Shown: positions 53,347 through 64,000 of the stretch, piece by piece
Layout: every line of letters starts with the position of its first letter
How positions within the stretch are numbered: the stretch's first letter is position 1
Assembly: GCF_009914755.1 (NCBI RefSeq)
Contig: NC_060943.1
Strand: one strand, 5' to 3'
DNA length: 64,000 nucleotides
Source: the human T2T-CHM13v2.0 reference genome, Homo sapiens
Made by a program: the position numbers and the translations under genes
Notes under the pieces: generated by a model
Told to the model about the DNA's origin: nothing
What the model saw: the letters and a program-made list of their open reading frames with translations, nothing else
The model's database searches: none

Positions 53347-53890
53347 TTAAGTACAGATGGTAAATCACACTGAAGTGCATAAATATGACACAAAAAACGA
53401 TACTTATTTTGAACTTCCCAAACATCATCTTCAAAGTTTAGGAAAACGAAAGGAGCAATATTCTTTAGTAAATAAAGGGTGATTACATGTCCTTCAAGAC
53501 AATTCTATGAAAGCCTATTTCCTATGTCATGACAAAACACTGACAGGGCACAAACATGTGTAAGCCTAAAGTAAGGAGTATTTTTCCACTGTGACCCTGA
53601 ACTGTATCACAATTTGCAAAAAGCATATCACCATCACATCGGTGAAGAGAAAAATATATACTCTTCATATTTAAAGCATATTTACTCTATACAAATAAAT
53701 GCTAAAAAAAAAAAAAAAACTCCCCACACAACATACTATATTGGTAAATAATCCACAACAAGCTCATGTAAGGATAACCAAAAGCAATGGAAATTCCGTA
53801 TTGTCAAACAATTATAGCACTGAGAAGATAAGAAAAGATTACAAAAATTAGCCAGGTATGGTGGCCCATGCCTGTAGTCACAGCTATTCA

Positions 53891-53989
<99 letters not shown>

Positions 53990-54758
53990 CTACCTAAAAA
54001 AAAAAAAAAAAAGTTAATAGAATATTTTTCTGAATAAATGTCATAAAATTACCTATAAGAACAGGCACTTTGTGACTTTTCAAAAATTTTTTGTATTTTT
54101 ATTTTTTTGAGATGGAGTCTTGCACTCCAGCTTGGAGTGCCATGGTGCCATCTCAGCTCACTGCAGCCTCTGCCTCCTGGGTTGAAGTGATTCTCCTGCC
54201 TCAGCTTCCAGAGTAGCTTGGACTACAGGCATGCACCACTATGCCTGGCTAATTTTTGTGTTTTTAGTAAAGATGGGGACCATATTGGCCAGGCTGGTCT
54301 CAAACTCCTGACCTCAAGTAATCCACCCACCTCGGCCTCCCAAAGTTCTGGGATTACAGGTGTGAGCCACTGCACCTGGTGGCACTTTGTGACATTAACG
54401 AATAGTGCATGTCAGTTATATTGCATACCACATACCGAAAAGCCATATGCAAAATTATAAAAATTAATTAATAAAATATTGTAACCCAAGATAAAACCAG
54501 CAAGCAAATAAGTACATTTATACAGCCTGCAGAATTCTAAACAACTCCCTCTTAAGAAAAAAGCCACAACTTCTACTCAACCACCAGCACACAATATAAG
54601 AACTGAAATACATGTTAAGATCACTACCTTCTGATGTATGAGGCCAAGAAAATACACAGCATTAGGCCAGGCGCCTTGGCTCAAGCCTGTAATCCCACCA
54701 CTTTGGGAGGCCGAGTCAGACGGATCACGAGGTCAGGAGATTGAGACCATCCTGGCTA

Positions 54759-54983
<225 letters not shown>

Positions 54984-55121
54984 TTAAGAAATAAGAATTG
55001 GCTAATGGCTGGGCACGGTGGCTCACACGTGTAATCCCAGTACTTTGGCAGGCCAAGGCATGTGGATCATGAGGTCAGGAGTTCAAGAACAGCCTGACCA
55101 ACATGGGGAAACCCCATCCTA

Positions 55122-55319
<198 letters not shown>

Positions 55320-55763
55320 CTAATAGTATAGAAAAGTGTAATTATGATGTCACAACTACACTTATGTAACAGCCAGGCAATACAGCAATTTTATATATAT
55401 GCATTCCCCATAGTTATCTAGTTCACTATGCATAAAATATAAAACATAGAATGTGTACTAGGAAAATTTATTAACTGAGATCAGAGAAAACATTGTATAA
55501 AACAAATTGCACAATAAGAACAAAAAATATGATGTATGTTCCCTGGCCCGAATGTTCGCATTGGCTAAAAGCCACTATCAGATTTCTTATTCCCCAATAG
55601 GATGTTCCTGCAGTTGGGGTCTTTTAGAGAGTTTTGTAATGGGTGTTGACTAATTATGAATAGCACTAGGGCTTTTAATTGTATTTTTTCTTTCTTTTTT
55701 TCTTTCTCTCTTTACTATTTATTTTTATTTATTTATTTTTTGAGAGGGAGTATCACTGTGTAG

Positions 55764-55958
<195 letters not shown>

Positions 55959-56558
55959 TGATCCGCCCTCCTCGCCTCCCAAAGTGCTGGGATTACAGGC
56001 GTGAGCCACCATGCCCGGACTCTTTATTTATTTTTGAGACAGAATTTCGCTCTTGTTGCCCAGGCTGGAGTGCAATAGCGTGATCTAGGATCACCACAAC
56101 CACCGCCTCGCAGGTTCAAGCGATTCTCCTGCCTCAGCCACCCGAGTAGCTGGGATTACAGGCATGTGCCACCACTCCCGGCTAATTTTGTAGTTTTAGT
56201 AGAGATGTGGTTTCTCCATGTTGGTCAGGCTGGTCTCAAACTCCCGGCCTCATGTGATTTGGCTGTCTCAGCCTCCCAAAGTGCTGGGATTGCAGGCGTG
56301 AGCCACCATGCCCGGCAAAGACTAGTGCTTTTATAAAAAGAGACAGTAAAGAGCTCATTGCCTGCTCCTCTTTACACCACATCAGGACACGGCAGGAAGA
56401 CGGCTGGGCTAAACCATGAAGAAGGCTCTCACCAGGAGCCAATCTAGCTGACATCTTGTTCTTGGATTTCCCACTTTCCAGATTCATGAGCAACAAATTT
56501 CTATGTCTTAAGCTTTCCAGTTTCAGCTATTTCTTTTTTTGTCTGTTTTTGAGACTGA

Positions 56559-57119
<561 letters not shown>

Positions 57120-57121
57120 TA

Positions 57122-57871
<750 letters not shown>

Positions 57872-60226
57872 TCATGTACATGACCCCAGTTTGCACGTAC
57901 GGTAAGTGAGGGACAAGACTTGATCCTGGGCATGAAGGATCCCACGACATGTTCTTAGGCACAATAGTCAGCGCAGGCAGGACAGGAAATGACCAGACAC
58001 AGAAAATATGAGGAGAACAGAAAGAAGTACATCAAGGGGGATACAAGGACTGAGCTGGGACACAAGCGCTGAGCTGCGCTGCTGACAGTGGTTCTGAAGC
58101 CATCCCTCATGGATCATGTGCTGAGTCATGATGTCCTGCACACACTGATTTAAGCGGCCTCCTATAATTTTGTCCAGTGGATGAACAAGGTCTTCACTTA
58201 CTCAGGGAGAGTAGTGTTGGAGGGGAGGGGCTCACGGGGAAATTGGGGTGTTCACTTTTACAAAGTCAATAGGCTGGTATTTGCATCCAGATCAATGTAT
58301 CATGTGAGTCAAGGCCAGGAAAGGAAGGGCAAGGGTGGACGGCAGGAAGTAATGGGCATGTAGGAGTGAACTTTGTGCATGCACCTCTGTGGGAATATAA
58401 TTCCACCAAGATAGACCAAATCTTGAGCTTAGAGGAAAGTGGAACTAATTTAGCAAATGGTAACATATTGACCCAAGGTTAAATATGCAAATTACAATAT
58501 GGGCAAGGGACAAGAATGAAAGAGATCCAACAATGCAGCAGTACGGTGGCCTGAGGTGAAAGCAGTTTTACATCTCTTAAATTGAATGCCTCTGACTTCT
58601 AGTTTCAGGCATGTACTCAACAAAATCCTCTGTGTAGATTCCAGAAATGCATACAAACACACACACAAAAAAACAACTAAACTCCATGAAGAGTACAGTA
58701 GAGCAATGTAGGAGACCATGGGGGTGAACAAGGATCCCCTGGCTGAGTAGGTAGAGATGTGTTTGTGAAAACAGAGCCAGGCTGAGTGCAGTGGCTTACT
58801 TCTGTAATCCCAGCTCATTAGGAAGACGGGTGGGTGGATCATGTTGTCAGGAGTTCAAGACTAGCCTGGCCAGCATGCATGGTGAAACACTGTCTCTACT
58901 AAAAAAAAAAAAAAAAAAAAAAAAAAAACATTGGCCGGGCATGGTGATGCACATCTATGACCCCAGCTACTTAGGAGGCTGAGGTAGCAGATTGCTTGAA
59001 CCCAGGAGGCAGAGGTTGCAGTAAGCTGAGATTGCACCACTGCACTCCAGCATGGGTGACAGAGCAATACTCCGTCTGAAAAAAAAAAAAAAGAAAGAAA
59101 CTGTACCTTTAATAGACATATGGTTTTGCCACATTGTCTAGGCTGGTCTCGAATTCCTGACCTCAGGTGATTCACCCACGCACTTCCAAAGTGCTGGGAT
59201 TACTGGCATGTGCGACTTCACCCAGCTGACATTATTTATTATAGTAAAGAGAAGAAACCAACCCAGATGTCCATTGACAGATAAATATACGAACAAAATG
59301 TGGTACACACATACAGTGGAATATTATTCAGCCTTAAAAACAAACTCGGAAGGGGCCAGGGGCTGTGGCTCATGCCTGTAATCCCAGCACTTTGGGAATC
59401 CAAGGCAACTGAATCACGTCAGGCCAGGCTATCAAAATCAGCCTGGCCAACATGGCAAAACTGCCATCTGTAATAGAACTACCAAAAATTAGTCGGGTGT
59501 GGTGACACATGCCTGTAATCCCAGCCACTCAAGAGGCTGAGGCAGGAGAGTCGCTTGAACCCAAAAGGAGGAGGTTGCAGTGAGCCAAGATCATGCCACT
59601 GCACTCAAGCCTGGGCAACAGAGTGAGACTCTGACTCAAAACAAACAAACAAAAAAACAACAACATAGAAATGAACAAGTTGAAAGCCACTGTGTCTTAA
59701 GGAAATGACAGTAGAACTAAACAATGAAAACCTCATTCAACCTCAAAAGCTTCCTCAATAAGATTGATGAAAACCATATCTCTTACAGGGTTGATCCTAC
59801 AACAAACTGAACATAGGTTTTCTTGTTAAAAATGAACAGTGACACATATTGGTGTGAAAAATGTGACATGAACAAGAGTTCAGTCAAGAGCCTCATACAT
59901 ATGAGGCTGTGAGCCCGAATGATGTCCTCGCTGGGAGGAATTGCAACACCACTGACTGCTGCTTAGAGAAGATGATCATTAGTTTATGGGATGAACATTG
60001 TCACAGTGCCAGTGAGAGACGCTTCTGTGATGCTCCTCAAAAACCAGAATGAGCTGGGCATGGTGGCTCACGCCTGTAATCCCAGCACTTTGGGAGGCCG
60101 AGGTGGGTGGATCACCTGAGGTCGGGAGTTAGAGACGAGCCTGACCAACATGGAGAAACCCCATCTCTACTAAAAATACAAAATTAGCTGGGTGTGGTCT
60201 CGCATGCCTATAATAACAGCTACTCA

Positions 60227-60331
<105 letters not shown>

Positions 60332-60334
60332 TCA

Positions 60335-60583
<249 letters not shown>

Positions 60584-60888
60584 CTAAAATGAAACACACA
60601 TTTCAACAAAACATTATGGAGTAATGAGTTATCACCTTCACAGAAAATGAGAAATGAGAAAATAAGTATTTATTTGATCAAAGATTATGTTCTGACAAAA
60701 GGATGTTAAGGTATTTTTGAATATTTTTTCCCTATAGTTGCGTTTTATTGTACTTTTCCTTGAAAGATTTTAAGATCCCATAAGTCACTACGGAAATCTC
60801 GATTTTATGGACAATATAAAAACTATAAAAATAAAAAGGAAAAACAGGGCCAGGCATGGCAGTTCACGCTTGTAATCCCAACACTTCA

Positions 60889-61329
<441 letters not shown>

Positions 61330-61332
61330 TCA

Positions 61333-61632
<300 letters not shown>

Positions 61633-62272
61633 TCATGCCTGTAATCCCAGCACTTTGGGAGGCTGAGGTGGGCGGATCACAAGGTCAGGAGTTCGAGACC
61701 AGCCTGGGAACATGCTGAAACCCCTTCTCTACTAAAAGTACAAAAATTAGCTGGGCGTGGTGGTAGGTGCCTGTAATCCCCAATACTGGGGAGGCTGAGG
61801 CTGGAGAATTGCTTGAAACCAGGAGGCAGAGGTTGCAGTGAGCTGATACCATGCCGGATACAAAATCTCTCTCCTTATTATTCTCCTTTTCCAGAATTAA
61901 CCACACATCTGTGCACATTAACATATGTATTTCATATGTAGTTTCTCTGAGCTGACATCCAGATGTGGCCCGTGAACAACCCAGGCTGCCCAGCAGCACT
62001 GACATCAACGGGCTCACACCCCATGTTTATCCATGTCAGGGTGTGAGCCCTTCCCAGGACCATGCCCAGTGGAGCCTCTTCCCAAGTTCATGTCACTGGG
62101 TCACAGGAGATGGAATCTCAGAGCAGCTGAGAGGAACTGAGGGCAGGCATGGGTGAGTGCGAGTGAACGTGTCAGACAAGATGCTTCAGACTCAGAAAAG
62201 ACTGGCTGCTACAATACCTGGCATTTCAGAAACGAAAGACACAGATTAATCCACAGAGGAATATCACTTCAC

Positions 62273-62335
62273 CTGAGGAAGAGCCATGCCTGGCTCCTTT
62301 CCTTTCCTCTTCTGAGCTGCTTCCTCACGTAACAT
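62273..62335 (-). CDS. ZNF611: ZNF611 first coding exon; exon extends to 62354
   Basis: MLREEAAQKRKGKEPGMALPQ, donor GTGAAG, acceptor atacag|. The promoter lies beyond the right edge. Confidence 0.92.
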
Positions 62336-63043
62336 GAGTCTTTAGGAATCAATCCTGTATGTGAAAAAAAATGAGACTTCATGTTAGAAATGACTCACTC
62401 CCTTCCTGTGACAAAAACACACGAACGGGGGAGACGTCACCCTGTAGAAAGAAGTCCCCCACTGCCCACTGCACCAGAGATCATGCAGAGATAAGGAAGT
62501 CCCACAGGAAGACCTATGAGTGTATATTTGACCCCAGTCTTCAGATCTCACCTCTCTCCTGGAGAAGCCACCACACACGAGGCAGCAGTGGGGAGCTGGG
62601 CTGGACTGATCTCCCCTTCAGGGCACAGACTCATCCTTCATCAATTGCCATCCAGAGGACAGCCCCTCACCTCTCTGTGGATCACAGGCTGAGGTCAGCC
62701 CTCAGAAATGCAGGACTCAGAGCTTCCATGCTCAATGCTGCACACAGATGACAAGCACCTGGGCCACTGCAGGTATTACTGAGGGTGGGTTCCATCCCGT
62801 CAGAATAAGAATCCCTGCTAAAGTGGCACAAAAGCTCTATTTGAAAAATGCCTCGACTCTAACGTGAAGCCAGGGTTGAGCTCCACTCAGAGGGGGCGAG
62901 CCCAGCACAGCCCCATGTTCTGGCTCTGCCCTCCCCTTGGGGCCTTGTTCTCACCAGGATCCAGACAGTGGATGACAAAGGCACAAAAATAATCACACAG
63001 AACAGGCAATGTGGAGAAGGGGTAGGGTGAGGGTTGGGCTGTG

Positions 63044-63733
<690 letters not shown>

Positions 63734-64000
63734 AGTGGCAATGTCAAATGGGAGATCACAAAGGAAACCCGGAGAAGATGATACCAGAACAAGGACCTAG
63801 AAAAGAAAGGCTGCTTGTCACTTGCAGCTGAGGGGAAGAGAGTCCTAGGCAGAGGGACAGCTCAAGTGAAGGCCCTGAGACAGGAGCAACCTCAGCCCCA
63901 GGAATAGGAAAGCAGCCTGTGTGGCTGGAACAGTGGAAGAGAGGAGGGCACAAGTAGGAGATGAGGAGAAAAATGTTCAAAATATACACAACTGTGCACA

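Overview
Primate (almost certainly human) genomic DNA from the chr19q13.41 KRAB zinc-finger cluster, very Alu-rich and ERV-rich, with all genes on the minus strand. Right side: the three coding exons of ZNF611 (62273-62335, 60457-60583, 51388-53315; 63+127+1928 nt = 705 aa + stop), followed by fossil fingers in its 3' UTR. Left side: a second, apparently intact KRAB-ZNF paralog (7214-7276, 2002-2128, 844 to beyond the left edge) whose finger exon the ORF track misses. Its own promoter copy (~11 kb) looks decayed, and an intact CpG-island promoter lies at ~36.9 kb. In between are two broken gene copies: an orphan KRAB-A exon with a mutated MLE motif (26.8 kb) and an orphan 'MALPQ' leader exon (45.6 kb). 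Mobile elements include a deleted HERV-IP10/LTR10 provirus with an AP-1 VNTR, an SVA with a 3' transduction, a deleted HML-5/LTR22 provirus, a solo LTR5, a solo LTR7, a HERV-E/Harlequin env+LTR2 remnant, MER4 LTRs and old L1 pieces. I see no wholly new class of system. The most interesting inference is a modular locus with promoter capture and phase-compatible exon cassettes, surrounded by TE-derived enhancers. Gene and repeat-family names come from recall of consensus sequences, not from database searches.
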